A stretch of 64,000 nt of DNA from Bdellovibrionales bacterium (GCA_965261545.1 CBDHDF010000010.1:96001-160000); one strand, 5' to 3'. Shown: positions 9,856 to 20,716, counted from the stretch's first letter. Notes: generated from the letters alone by a model not told the origin. Numbers and translations: made by a program.

Positions 9856-11517
9856 ATGTACATCCAAACGACTAAAAACTCAAAAGGTCAGTGCTACTAC
9901 CACCTTGTGGAGTCCTACAGAGAAAAAGGCAAATCCAAAAAACGCATGCTCATGTCCTTAGGTAAGGCTGGAGAAGGAGGAGAGGATAAGATTAATAGTT
10001 TGGCGCAGGCCGTATCCCGCCACCGAGAGCTTCTCACTGTGAGTCAATTGGCTAAGGAGCTTTACATCGAAGAGACTTTCATTTTGGGTCCCTTGCTGAT
10101 TTTACAAAAGTTGTTTGATCAACTGGGTATCAATAAGACCCTCAAAGACATAAAAGATTCTCATGAGAAAGTTCAATTTGATTTATGTAAGGTGATTTTT
10201 ACCTTAGTTGCCACCCGATTTATTGCTCCTAGTTCCAAGTTAAAGGTTTTTGAGTATTGGCAAAAATCTTTTTACCCAGACATGATTAAGGGTGATTTGA
10301 GTCTCCAGCATATTTATCGGTCTATGGACTTACTTGCCTCCCATAAGGATGAAATAGAGAACTCGCTTTATTGGGTGGGGCGAGATTTATTTAATTTCCA
10401 AGTAGACATTGTGTTGTATGATTTAACAACCTTACGCTTCGAGAGTACAAGAACAGACTTAGGGAAACTTCGTCAATTTGGCTATAGTAAAGAGAGACGA
10501 TCAGACTGCACCCAAGTTGTCTTTGGTTTGTTGGTGAATCGGGATGGCATCCCTTTAGGTTTTGAGGTTTTCCCTGGTAATACTTTTGAAGGCAAGACGC
10601 TTTCAGATATTGTTGATAAAATGAGAAAAAAGTTTAATGTACGCCGTTTCATTTTTGTGCCTGATAGGGGGCTTTTATCAAAGGCTAATACTGACAAACT
10701 CAGTGAGGATCAAAGCGAGTTTATTGTTGGTATGAAGCTTGGATCTTTAAAAAAAGAAAAGAAACAAGAGGTCTATGATTTAAATCGTTTTAGCTGGGTA
10801 TATGAGAATGAGCTTGCTGTTTACGAAACAGACCATGGGGGGCATAGATGTATTGTGACTTGGTCTAGGAAAAGAGCAGAGAGAGATAAAAAATCTAGAG
10901 AATCCCTTCTTGAAAAGATCGAAGGAAAACTATCTTCTAAAGGTGTTCAGTCTAGTACTTTTGTTTCCAATAAAGGTTATAAGAAATATGTAAAGATGGC
11001 TGACGACAAAAATAAAAAACCTGAATTAAATGCAGAACAAATAGAATTAGATGAAAAAATTGATGGTTTTTTTGCCGTCCTTACAAATGTCAAAGACTTG
11101 ACGGCAGATGAGATTATTATCAACTACAAAGAATTGTGGAAAATTGAAGATGCTTTTGGTGAGTTAAAAGGGACTTTGAAAACACGTCCTGTTTTCCATT
11201 GGACAGACCAGAGGATTATTGGACATTTAACTCTATGCTTTTTAACTTATCTTTGTGAGGCCCACCTTACAAAATGTTTAAGAGATAAGAAGATGAACCT
11301 AAAAAGCCCAGCCATAGGCATTGGTCATGTTAAAGAGCGACCTTTAACTGTTGTAGAGGCCATGAGGGAACTCAAGGAAGTTAGGGCTATCCCTGTTAAA
11401 ATTCGTGATCAAGTCATTTGGACCCGCACAAATATCACTGGCAATGCCAACTCCTTATTTAAAGCCGCAGGCGTCCCCATCCCTCCCAGAATCCTTAATG
11501 CCCACAAGTGTGGATAA
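9856..11517 (+). CDS. IS1634-family transposase
   Basis: YYHLVESYRE, LYDLTTLRFE, FGYSKERRSD, FPGNTFE, DRGLLS, WKIEDAFGELK, RPVFHW. Confidence 0.92.
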   Translation: MYIQTTKNSKGQCYYHLVESYREKGKSKKRMLMSLGKAGEGGEDKINSLAQAVSRHRELLTVSQLAKELYIEETFILGPLLILQKLFDQLGINKTLKDIKDSHEKVQFDLCKVIFTLVATRFIAPSSKLKVFEYWQKSFYPDMIKGDLSLQHIYRSMDLLASHKDEIENSLYWVGRDLFNFQVDIVLYDLTTLRFESTRTDLGKLRQFGYSKERRSDCTQVVFGLLVNRDGIPLGFEVFPGNTFEGKTLSDIVDKMRKKFNVRRFIFVPDRGLLSKANTDKLSEDQSEFIVGMKLGSLKKEKKQEVYDLNRFSWVYENELAVYETDHGGHRCIVTWSRKRAERDKKSRESLLEKIEGKLSSKGVQSSTFVSNKGYKKYVKMADDKNKKPELNAEQIELDEKIDGFFAVLTNVKDLTADEIIINYKELWKIEDAFGELKGTLKTRPVFHWTDQRIIGHLTLCFLTYLCEAHLTKCLRDKKMNLKSPAIGIGHVKERPLTVVEAMRELKEVRAIPVKIRDQVIWTRTNITGNANSLFKAAGVPIPPRILNAHKCG

Positions 11518-11588
11518 ACAAAATACAACTATATGCGTTAATCCTTTAATATCATTCGTTTGACGCAGATGCTGCTGTCAAACTCGGG

Positions 11589-11816
11589 ATTTACCTCTGC
11601 CATAGGGCTGAAGGATGCATTTGGGGTCATGCCAAAAGTGGTGGGCAGAAAATCATTCCTCAGAATCTTGTGGCATAGTCCGAGTTAAATGATGAGCAAA
11701 ATAAAGACACTTGACTAAACTCTGAACGAAGAATAACTAAATCAGTACATCATCAACTGGCCGTTTTTCATTGGCGACGGCTTCTAAAAATGGCCAATTT
11801 TAATTGGCGCCTAACA
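11589..11816 (+). mobile_element. Orphan right end of the IS21 element at 45079-48324
   Basis: Reverse complement of about 45079-45306, ending ...ggcgcctaaca. Confidence 0.85.
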
Positions 11817-11927
11817 CCTTTGAAGCCAAGTCCCGAATGGGGGGGGGAAAACAGTTACCTCTATTTCCTCTCTCCAAAGATAGAGGGATGAGTAATTACG
11901 ATCCTTCTCGTTTGAAATGGAGATGTT

Positions 11928-12302
11928 ATGATAAAAGAAAGAATCAAGTCTGAATTTTTTATTTCATGGATGTTGCTGCCCATTTATTTAACAAACGATA
12001 GAAGAGATTTATTGAACAATAGAGGTTGGGACTGGAGTAAAAATTGGGAACCTTGGGCCTTATCTGTATTCTATTTATGTTTCTTGCTCAGTATTGTTCC
12101 ATATATTCATAAGAATATCCATCATAAGATAAAAAAAAAATACATTTTATTTTTTCATTCTTCAGTATTGAGCTTAGCTTTAACATTTTCATATATTTTT
12201 GAGATTTTCGCAAAACATTCAGATTTCTTATTAGTTCCTAAAATCTTTATAATATGGATAACTCCATTGATTCTTTATTTTCGACAAAGTTTTTACAAAT
12301 AG
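11928..12302 (+). CDS. Small membrane protein, hypothetical
   Basis: 124 aa with several hydrophobic segments; GGAG RBS. Confidence 0.55.
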   Translation: MIKERIKSEFFISWMLLPIYLTNDRRDLLNNRGWDWSKNWEPWALSVFYLCFLLSIVPYIHKNIHHKIKKKYILFFHSSVLSLALTFSYIFEIFAKHSDFLLVPKIFIIWITPLILYFRQSFYK

Positions 12303-12380
12303 TTTAAGTAAACCTCTCCAAAAATTATCGTTGAGAGTCACTGAAATAGCCTTAATCATAGCCTGCTCCTTACATGTAGT

Positions 12381-14532
12381 TAGTTTCTGTCCAGAAAGGC
12401 CCATTTTTTGTTCTCTGACACTCCCCATTGAGCCTCCCAATGCCTCAATGGGGGAGTGAGAGTTGGAGATTTGCCACACAAACTCTACAGATTAAGGGGA
12501 AAAAGGTCTTTAAGCGACTTGCGCCCTAGTTTTTTCGATTTGAAGACGCACCCCTACCTTTGGAAGATTTTAGCACCTTCGACCTGGTCCATTGCTGTTA
12601 TTCCTAATGGATAAATTTAGGTGACAGTTGATAATTCATGTCTTGCCAAGACAACAAAATTATAGGCACAAACGGCATTCTTTACATACCTCTTAAAACC
12701 ATCATGCCCTTTCCAGTAAGCAACTCTCATACCAAAACATCTCTTAAGGAATGAAATAACAGCCTCTATTCCGGCTCTCCAATTGAGAAGATTTTTAAAG
12801 ACCCAAGCACTTTTAACCATCTTTAATATTTTCATTCCTTTTTTTTCTGGGAAGCAAACATCTTTAGCCCCCATCTCTTTGGCCTCTTCAAGATTTTCTT
12901 TTGAAGCAAACCCACCATCTGCACTTACTTTTACAGGGCAAGCCCCATAGGTTTGTGTCACTGAATTCATAACTTTTAAAAACATATCAGAGTCTGCGGG
13001 GTTGCCATCAGGGATCTGACAATCTAAAATCATGTTGCTTTGCCCTGAGGTCAAAAAGATTTTATGCCCAAACTCGACTTCTCTTTGCCCCTTTACAATA
13101 ATGTCTGTATGCGGTTCAAAGATGGATAGGACCTTTTTTTCAGAAGATACTTTTTTCCCCTCAATAACTCTTTTTTGAGTTTGAAAGATGATTTTTTCCA
13201 GGTAGAAGGCAACATTTTCTAACTGTTTTAGACTCTTTTTCAAAGCATTCATCTTCACACATTTTTGTTCTTTTTTTATCTTTCTGATGGTATCAGGTAA
13301 TCCTTTGTTCAATTTGGTAGCGATTTTTAAAAGCTCCTTATAGCAAGGTAGTCTTTCCGCATCATTTTTGGAATTATTAATTTTGTAAAGAAAGGTTTTT
13401 GCTCTCTTAAGATCTTCTCTTGAAATAAGTCGCCAAAAATCTTTCATGACATTTTTACGAACTTTTTTAAATTCTCTTTCTGTAACTCTTATGCAGTCAT
13501 ATAAAAGCGATGCATCCGTTGGATGATGAATATTTGATTTCGTCACTGTACTGTCCAATCTCATTTTCTTACACGGCTCAATCTTTTGATCTCTTGCATC
13601 TGAAACTAAAGAGGCGCTAATAATTCCCCAAGTTTCTTCACTTATTTGAACAATCAAGTCCTGTAAGGTGGAGTGAGCGTAATTTTCTTCCAATTCAAGG
13701 CCCAGAAAAGCTCTGGTGGATACTGAATCGACAAGATTAAAGGCTAACGCACGATAGGAAAGACCTCTTATGGATTTAAGAATAGCCACCTTGAGAACTT
13801 GCTCCGATGTCATACCAATATCACCAGAATCTTTCTTTTCTTTAACAAGGTCTTCATGAACCATATGGGCAAACTCTGGATGGCGATCAATGATGTTATT
13901 AATTTGCTGCAATTCTGTACTGAGTTGGTGGTTAGGATATTGGGAAAAGAGTCCCAACTGTGTCTTCTTCAAATGGCGCATAGTCCCCCCTTTGGTGAAA
14001 GTTTCTCTTTAATTTTTATATTAACATACGTTTTTTTGAGGGAAAAAAGTGAGCAAGGATGTCTTTTAAGAAGAAAAAAATCAGAGAGGTTCTCGGAGAA
14101 CATGGATAAGAATTCTACCTCATAGAGAGGTTCCCACGCCTCCTAAAACCTACATAAAAAATAAATGAAGAATAAAATATCAAAAATTATTTCTCTGAAA
14201 AAACACGTCAAGTATTTTTTGAAGTTGATGCGCAACGTAATGTTATTTCCCTGAAGGAGGTTTGAAATCACCACGGTGGAAACACAGGTTGATCCAACTC
14301 TTCCTCTCATATCAAGTAACCAGTTGATAGCCACATAAGTCACTGAAAGGGAGGGGCTGTGAAAGGTTCGTCAAGAGAGGGGGGGGGGGAACTTATTTTA
14401 TTTTTCCGTTTTATGTAAGTAACTGAATTTACACGGATTATGTTTGATGGACTCCATTTTAAAGCATAAAATCTAAAGGGAAGGCATGTAAATACTTAAA
14501 ACTACTTAACTTTCTTCCCTGGACAGGAACTA
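12381..14532 (-). mobile_element. ISNCY/IS5-like insertion sequence
   Basis: IRs tagtttctgtccag (12381) and ctggacaggaacta (ends 14532) around the transposase. Confidence 0.75.
12617..13981 (-). CDS. ISNCY/IS5-like DDE transposase
   Basis: RLDSTVTKSNIHHPTDASLL, SIFEPHTDII, EFGHK, ADGGF, WRAGIEAVISFLKR. Confidence 0.88.
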   Translation of the reverse strand: MRHLKKTQLGLFSQYPNHQLSTELQQINNIIDRHPEFAHMVHEDLVKEKKDSGDIGMTSEQVLKVAILKSIRGLSYRALAFNLVDSVSTRAFLGLELEENYAHSTLQDLIVQISEETWGIISASLVSDARDQKIEPCKKMRLDSTVTKSNIHHPTDASLLYDCIRVTEREFKKVRKNVMKDFWRLISREDLKRAKTFLYKINNSKNDAERLPCYKELLKIATKLNKGLPDTIRKIKKEQKCVKMNALKKSLKQLENVAFYLEKIIFQTQKRVIEGKKVSSEKKVLSIFEPHTDIIVKGQREVEFGHKIFLTSGQSNMILDCQIPDGNPADSDMFLKVMNSVTQTYGACPVKVSADGGFASKENLEEAKEMGAKDVCFPEKKGMKILKMVKSAWVFKNLLNWRAGIEAVISFLKRCFGMRVAYWKGHDGFKRYVKNAVCAYNFVVLARHELSTVT

Positions 14533-14556
14533 GTTACAACTTTTAGGGATTTCAGG

Positions 14557-14996
14557 AAGCTCTTTGAAAATCTCTTTGAAGCCAGGCAGCTGGGGCGCAG
14601 AAAGAGGTTCTACACCCAACTCATCCATGTGGACCTATTGATCATTGATGATCTTTTTCTTAGAAAGCGCATCCCACCAGAGGCTTGTGATGACTTCCAG
14701 GAAATCATTCTGGATCGATACTCAGCGAGAAAAAGCACTCTTATTACCTCCAATCGCATTATTGAGGACTGGGGAAAGTGTTTGGGCGATAATACCGTGG
14801 CCTCTGCCATCCTGGATCGCCTTCTCCACTGCAGCCAACTATTAAAATTTGAGGGAAAAAGCTACCGATTGAAGGAAGCTTCAAACCGACTTGTCAAGAT
14901 AAAAAATTAAAGGTAGGGTGAGCCCATCTTGTCAGATCACCCTAAATGGCCTGGTTTGCCCGCCCACAAATGGATGGTTTTGTCCGCCCCTCCGGG
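14557..14996 (+). pseudogene. istB: Truncated istB 3' end plus right end of the IS21 at 60449-63564
   Basis: Near-identical to 63125-63564; begins directly after an IS1634-like end (gggatttcagg). Confidence 0.9.
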
Positions 14997-15077
14997 GTTA
15001 CATACCTCTTTCTATCCAGTCAGAACTCACCTTTTTCTTTCTTGCTTTTACTATGCCGTCTGAGAGTGACGAAGAGA

Positions 15078-15492
15078 TTGATGGGTATTTTTGCCTTTTC
15101 TGCACAAAAAATATTCAAAACAAAGAAATGATAAAACTATACTTTGATAAAGATATAGTAGAAAAATCTTTTCGTACTTTGAAGGGAGTATCTAATTTGC
15201 GTCCAGTACGTCATTGGCTTTCAAATAGAGTTGTTGCACATGTTTTTATCTGTTATTTATCTTATTTAATACTTTCTATCCTGAGGATGCACTTGAAAGA
15301 TATGGATATTTCTCCTTTAAAGGCTCTTAAAGATTTAGAAAGTATGTATAGGGTTTATTTATATGATAAAAGGAAAAAACATCAATTTATTAGAACAGTC
15401 ATTCTTAGTAAACGCCAAAAACTAATTTTAAAATCTGTAGATAAGAATTTAATTAAGGAGTGTTGTGTATAAAAACGACCACGAAGTCAAGG
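15078..15492 (+). pseudogene. C-terminal fragment and end of an IS1634-like transposase
   Basis: DGYF...YFDKDIVEKSFRTLK...RPVRHW...AHVFICYLSY; end ...cgaagtcaagg. Confidence 0.75.
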
Positions 15493-15589
15493 TTAGAGGG
15501 AGTCAGAAAAATGTGGAAAAATCTTCTGCAAAAACGAATGCCATTGCTCCTCCAGGGGCGTGATCAATCTTTCATTGACTAGTTCCTGC

Positions 15590-15852
15590 CCATGCCGGGC
15601 ACACTGCTTTATTGTGGCTCCCGAGGGCCATAGCCGCAGCGTCGCCATGGATGAGTCTGTGGATAACTGACTCATCCATGGCGATGTTAGTATGGGAGGT
15701 GAATTGGAAAAAGGAATGTTGATCGACAATAAAAATTATAGTGTATAAAAACGCTTGGGGAAACTTCCAACAATATCCAAATCCCCAGCTGTTAGCTGAA
15801 ATTTTGCATAATTAAAATGCTCCACCGTCGCCAATGAAAAGTGGGCATTTCT
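15590..15852. mobile_element. Degenerate IS21-like end remnants
   Basis: tgttagctg...aattaaaatgctccaccgtcgccaatgaaaagtgg resembles the 48270-48324 end; 15630-15670 resembles the reverse complement of 45387-45425. Confidence 0.6.
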
Positions 15853-15879
15853 CTCTGAGAAATAGATTCATCCTTAAAA

Positions 15880-16494
15880 TTACGATTTAAAGTTGAGCAA
15901 TAGGGGATGAACAGCTCTGAGCTTCTTCTCGTTTAATTTTTTTATAATGGATATGCATTCGTCTTGAATGTCTGTGACCAAAACGTCGGATTTCATGTGG
16001 TATTCAAAGTCCTCTGTTGTGAACCCATAGGATTTTACAATATGTATTATTTTGGCTCTATAAAGCTCAATTCGGCCATTCTCAATCTGGCCAATGGTGT
16101 TCTTATGGTAGTTACAAATAAGACTGGCTTTGTATTGAGTCAGATTTTTGAGTCTTCGCAAAACCTGCAAGACCTGGACCTCTTTTGTAATAATCTTTTT
16201 GTCAAACCGGCGGTTCTTTTTGCTGTAACTCACCTTTTCTTTTTTGTGACCAAACCTCTTTTTAATTTGTTCACTTTTGCCTTCACGACATAGCAAAAAG
16301 TCCTCATAGGTGAGCCCATAGGCTTTGGCTGTTTCTTTAATCCGGGGGTTGGTTATGACTGTCCTCCCATTCTCAAATTTTTCCACACTCTTGTGACTGA
16401 CGCATAGCAATATTCCTGCTTCTTTGCGACTTAGCCCTCGAATTTCACGCAATTTCCTTAAAGTGATTGCATCAACTTTTCCTTCGTTTCCCAT
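15880..16494 (-). CDS. XRE-family regulator with two HTH domains
   Basis: LRKLREIRGLSRKEAG...EKFENG and LRRLKNLTQYKAS...IGQIENG. Confidence 0.85.
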   Translation of the reverse strand: MGNEGKVDAITLRKLREIRGLSRKEAGILLCVSHKSVEKFENGRTVITNPRIKETAKAYGLTYEDFLLCREGKSEQIKKRFGHKKEKVSYSKKNRRFDKKIITKEVQVLQVLRRLKNLTQYKASLICNYHKNTIGQIENGRIELYRAKIIHIVKSYGFTTEDFEYHMKSDVLVTDIQDECISIIKKLNEKKLRAVHPLLLNFKS

Positions 16495-16824
16495 CTTTCC
16501 TCCTTAAGGCTGTTATTTCTAGCCTCGACTGTGCTAGCACTTCACTAGCTCCGAAATAGCAATTTCTGCTAGCGAAGTACTGCGAATTTTTGTTAGAAAA
16601 TTCAGTTGGTTAGGCAGAAACTGCTGCTACGATCTCCCGAAAAAATCTTCTTGCTACGGGCTTAGCCAAACACTTAGCCAAAATTAGCAAACGTAGGAAT
16701 TTTTGGGAAATGCTGAGAAATGTCATAGAGAGTGAGTGAGAGCTAACCCATTGAAACCATTTGATAGTTATTTCAAATAGTTAAGTTTGATTTCAAAAAT
16801 CTGCAAAAAACCATTGCCGAAATA

Positions 16825-16838
16825 TGGCGGGGTGGACT
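16825..16838 (-). other. Putative att core (tRNA 3'-end-like, GTCCACCCCGCCA)
   Basis: The reverse complement ends in CCA like a tRNA 3' end (Asp-like); lies about 70 bp beyond the integrase stop. Confidence 0.55.
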
Positions 16839-16905
16839 GTTTTCCACGCAAACCACTGTAATCACTAAGTTTACCTCATTAAAAGTAAACTTTGGTCAAC
16901 AGTTT

Positions 16906-18072
16906 TCAAGACGGCTTTTGGGTGTGTCTCGAAGCAAGAGAGACCACATTTTCACCTACATCTTGTTGAGGTAAGCCGTAACTGATCCTTTCCGTAACCC
17001 CTTGCACATTGATGCCAGCCAACCTCAAATACTCATCCGTTGTAGACATCCTGCGATGACCAACAACAGCCATCACTTGCACCAAAGGAGCGCCCTGACT
17101 CAACATGTTAGTGATAAAGGTTGCCCTCAAGTCATGAAAACGAATGGAAGTGATATCAATGGCCCGGCAAAACTCCCTGAGAACTTGAGCCTGCTCACCA
17201 TGCTCCCATTCCTTCATCCTAGGAAGCAGAAAATCCTTAATCATCACTTGCTTCTTTAAGCGGCTGTCCCATAGCTCTTGAGAATAGCTCTCCTTCCTTG
17301 CCTTGCACTCCTGAAGAAACCCTCTTAAGTCACCATTGATGGGAATGGTTCGATTCTCACGATTCTTAGGTGGAGCAATTCCGTCTTTATTTGTCCACTG
17401 CTTGTTGACTGAAATAAAGCCAGATTCAAGGTCCACATCTTGCCAACGAAGGGCAAACATTTCGCCAGACCTCATACCCGTCATGAGAGCAAAAACCCAC
17501 ACCTTATAAAAGCGGTGATTGCACTTAAAAGCCTCTTCCAAAAGAAAATGAGCTTCTTTAGAATTCAGCACTTCTTGCTGAGTCTGAGGGGCTCTAATTC
17601 GAATGCCTAGGGCTGGATTTCTAACAATGATTCCATCCTCTAAAGCCATCTGCAAGATTCGATTTATCATCTTTAAAATATGCTTTTGAGAATAAGGCGA
17701 AACTCTATCACCAATGTGATTAAATATAAGATTATGGATGTTTTGAGGTTTCACTTTTTCAAGAGGTAGCTCCACAAACTCTCTGGGGAGCCACTTTCTC
17801 AATCCTCCATCGTAACTCTTTATAGTCGATATCTTGAAGGAAAGCTTCATGCGCTGAAGGCATTCCTCATGCCAATCGCCCCATGTCCAGTAGATACGAC
17901 CACCACCAAAGCGTTGATAAAGTTCATTTCTTAATTGAAACTCAAGCTCTTTAGCTTTTCTTTCTGAAGTGACACCACGCTTTTTTCGGAAATGTTGCTT
18001 TTTCCGACAATCCCTTAGATGAACAACCACTTCATAAAGTTTTTTGCCATTTTTACAATAAGATTTAATCAT
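16906..18072 (-). CDS. int: Tyrosine recombinase/integrase
   Basis: TGMRSGE, PKN, FHDLRATF, GH and Y catalytic motifs. Confidence 0.95.
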   Translation of the reverse strand: MIKSYCKNGKKLYEVVVHLRDCRKKQHFRKKRGVTSERKAKELEFQLRNELYQRFGGGRIYWTWGDWHEECLQRMKLSFKISTIKSYDGGLRKWLPREFVELPLEKVKPQNIHNLIFNHIGDRVSPYSQKHILKMINRILQMALEDGIIVRNPALGIRIRAPQTQQEVLNSKEAHFLLEEAFKCNHRFYKVWVFALMTGMRSGEMFALRWQDVDLESGFISVNKQWTNKDGIAPPKNRENRTIPINGDLRGFLQECKARKESYSQELWDSRLKKQVMIKDFLLPRMKEWEHGEQAQVLREFCRAIDITSIRFHDLRATFITNMLSQGAPLVQVMAVVGHRRMSTTDEYLRLAGINVQGVTERISYGLPQQDVGENVVSLASRHTQKPS

Positions 18073-18304
18073 ATAAAACTCCTTTTTGTTGGAGAATATG
18101 ATTTAAATCTGTAAGCCTAAATCTCAAGTGACTTCCAAGCTTATAAGCCCTGAGTTTTCCACGACACACCCAAATGCGAAGAGCATTGGGAGTTATGCGA
18201 AGGTACTCAGCAGCTTCTTTTGTTGATAGCCACTTTTGTTGTCCTACTAAATTGTCAAAGAACGCATCCCTTTTTGGGATCAGCTTACTCATTGATAAGC
18301 TCAC
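18065..18304 (-). CDS. Excisionase-like HTH_17 protein
   Basis: WLSTKEAAEYL...GKLRAYKLG...RF; overlaps the integrase start. Confidence 0.85.
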   Translation of the reverse strand: MSLSMSKLIPKRDAFFDNLVGQQKWLSTKEAAEYLRITPNALRIWVCRGKLRAYKLGSHLRFRLTDLNHILQQKGVLYD

Positions 18305-18396
18305 CTATAGTTATAGGTTGAATACCAATGAAAGGCAACATTTTTTGATATCTATAGTTCAAATAAATACTCAAAAAAATGCAATTCTTTATGATT

Positions 18397-18768
18397 TCAT
18401 TCTTCATAATTCACCTCCTCAGAAGGGGCTTTCACAGGCCCTTGGAGAGCTACAGAAGGCTTCTTTTTTGCTCTATAAGATCGCCCCTTATTTAATTCAT
18501 TCACTTGTTTTATAAAGTCCTCTGGAGAGTTCGTGGTGGATAGCAAGTGCTTAATGTAACGCTTCTTATCAAAAAGTTTTTCACTTAATCCTTTTTTTTC
18601 TTTGGAAAAATATTTTTGAGCGTATCCTATCAAAATCAGACTTGCCACTCGGGACGGTGAGCCCCTCAAGTAAGGGTTCTCTTCCACAAGAACCCTTATC
18701 ATCTCATTTAAATACTCCACGGCTTGCTCATCTATATATAAACGCCCTGTCTTTGTTGCATTGGCCAT
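18397..18768 (-). CDS. Hypothetical ICE protein
   Basis: 123 aa, GGAGG RBS, coupled to the upstream gene. Confidence 0.65.
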   Translation of the reverse strand: MANATKTGRLYIDEQAVEYLNEMIRVLVEENPYLRGSPSRVASLILIGYAQKYFSKEKKGLSEKLFDKKRYIKHLLSTTNSPEDFIKQVNELNKGRSYRAKKKPSVALQGPVKAPSEEVNYEE

Positions 18769-19436
18769 TATTGCACCTCCTTTGGTTTCATTGCAGGCGG
18801 GTTGATGGATCGTAAATTCTTGAGGCCCATGCCATGACCAGAGCCCCTTGAACCTGTTCTCATTTTGTGAGACCTCCGAGGTTGTCTCTTGGAAAAGCCT
18901 GTAGGAAATTTTTTGGAAGAACTCTTAGAAGAGTTCTTAGGAAAACTCTTCGGCGGAGCCAAGTTAAACTGTGGATATCCAATCAGAGTCCAAACCTTGT
19001 GGCCTTCAATAAGTTTCTTTCCATCCTCAGTGGTGTGAGTTTCCACATAATCTTCACGCACCTTGGGACTATTAATGAAGGCCCTCATCTTTTCCAAATC
19101 AGATGAAGAGATTCCATCAATACCATTGGCCCCACTCCATTTATTGACGTCTACACTGGAAGAACTTGGAGAAAGCCCGTAGGACTCAAGGTTAAAAAGA
19201 GTTTCTCGACGAGCACGGCTTTCTCGTTGGTCTATGAACTGGTGGAGAGCATAGCCTGCAACTCCACCTAACAAAGCCCCTGCCATAGCTCCCCTTACAA
19301 GTCTTGGATCATGGGGTCCTTTGGATATGGGAGCCGCTGACACAACCCCCAGACCGACACCCATACCACTTCCTGCAAGAATTGACTTTTTCATACTTGA
19401 ACAACCTAAAGCTCCTATTAAAAACGCACACAACAT
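18768..19436 (-). CDS. Glycine-zipper lipoprotein, putative conjugation component
   Basis: Lipobox-like ALGC followed by Gly-zipper helices. Confidence 0.6.
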   Translation of the reverse strand: MLCAFLIGALGCSSMKKSILAGSGMGVGLGVVSAAPISKGPHDPRLVRGAMAGALLGGVAGYALHQFIDQRESRARRETLFNLESYGLSPSSSSVDVNKWSGANGIDGISSSDLEKMRAFINSPKVREDYVETHTTEDGKKLIEGHKVWTLIGYPQFNLAPPKSFPKNSSKSSSKKFPTGFSKRQPRRSHKMRTGSRGSGHGMGLKNLRSINPPAMKPKEVQ

Positions 19437-19814
19437 GATTTTTATGACACTTTGAATGTGACACCTCCATGGTTTATTTGTGATTTATATTCCATAAATA
19501 TCTTCTTACATGCCTATTTCTATTTCTTTTCTTATGCACTGATTGCATTGACTCTGAATCTTATGACTCTCTAACTACATAACAATAACCACTCTTTGTG
19601 CAGCCTTCTTCCTCACCTTGGAGGTCTTAAGGCTCCTAAATATAAACGCATACATTATAATTCTTAGTACATCCTGACTTCACACCTCCAAATTTATCAA
19701 ACTACTCCAGACTACCCCGGCCCCAATTTTAATCCTGACAAAATTAGAGATGAGTTATTTCATATACTTAGGGCCAAAAACCCCAAAAAATTGATCCTGA
19801 TAATGTAAGTAGAC

Positions 19815-19881
19815 AATCAGGATGCAAATCAGGATGTAATCAAGATATAATCAAGATATAATCAAGATATAATCAGGATCA
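19815..19881. repeat. Six tandem 11-bp repeats AATCA(G/A)GATNN, iteron-like
   Basis: Directly visible; inverted copies (atcctga) at about 19732 and 19794. Confidence 0.8.
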
Positions 19882-19936
19882 CAGTCACGCTCCAAAAAAA
19901 ATATTCATTGTTATTCATAGAAATTTTATTTGTTCC

Positions 19937-20716
19937 TCAAGGAAATTTTTCCTGCTGTAAATGGATCTTCAAAATGTGATGATCTGCATCCTTAAGAACA
20001 AAAAAATCTTTCGCCTGCTTCATCTCTTGGTAAGTGACAGCGAAAATCTTTGAACTTCGATCACTACGAACCTCCTTATCAACCTTAAAGATAGATGAAC
20101 GCAAAGATTCAGAAGACGTAATATAAAAGACAAAAACGACATTTGAAGAACAGTAGTATTTCAAGAATAAATCGTTATATCTTGACCTACTTTTTGCAGA
20201 CTGTTCAAACTCAATGGCTCCTGAAAACTCACCTCCAGTTAGATTTATTCTCAAAAAAGCATCACTGTGACACTCAATAAATGCATCATAATTAAATACC
20301 TTACTCCCAAAAAGCCCTGATTGGAGTTCATTTTCTGTCAAATAATGGACAAGGCCCTTAGCTCTTAAGAACTGCTTTCGGACTTCAACCAATGAAAATT
20401 CATGATCTGAATTTGCAGACCTAAGCTCCAATCTCTTCGGTTCCACTCCAAAAAGATCACACTTTCCAAGAATCTTATGTGTCAGTTGGTAAGCTGTTCT
20501 AGCTCCTTCAAACCAAGAGGGAATACCTTTTATAAAACCATACTTAGATAACTTCCTTAATCTCTCATGAACCACTTGCCTAGAAAGTCCTGCAAATACA
20601 TCCCGGTGGATTTGCCAACGAGTGGCCCCCTTGGTGATAAAAAGATATTTTAACAATTCCCTATCTCTATTCGTTAAACGCATCTTATAATGACGACTAT
20701 TCCCCATGAATCTCAA
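19937..20716 (-). CDS. Replication-relaxation (Replic_Relax/MOBC-like) protein
   Basis: N-terminal wHTH (RLTNRDRELL...RLRKL) and an SDAF...AIEFEQSAKSRSRY D-x-E-x-E nuclease motif. Confidence 0.7.
   Translation of the reverse strand: MRFMGNSRHYKMRLTNRDRELLKYLFITKGATRWQIHRDVFAGLSRQVVHERLRKLSKYGFIKGIPSWFEGARTAYQLTHKILGKCDLFGVEPKRLELRSANSDHEFSLVEVRKQFLRAKGLVHYLTENELQSGLFGSKVFNYDAFIECHSDAFLRINLTGGEFSGAIEFEQSAKSRSRYNDLFLKYYCSSNVVFVFYITSSESLRSSIFKVDKEVRSDRSSKIFAVTYQEMKQAKDFFVLKDADHHILKIHLQQEKFP

Larger units (their letters stand above)
8181..11588 (+). mobile_element. IS1634-family element, left IR interrupted by a nested IS
   Basis: Terminal IRs cccgagtttgacagcagcat / atgctgctgtcaaactcggg; the IR match continues (ctgcgt) after the nested element. 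Confidence 0.85.

Noticed and set aside
14918..15472. 184-aa ORF as a real gene
   Set aside because: Chimeric read-through of an IS21 end, spacer DNA and an IS1634 fragment.
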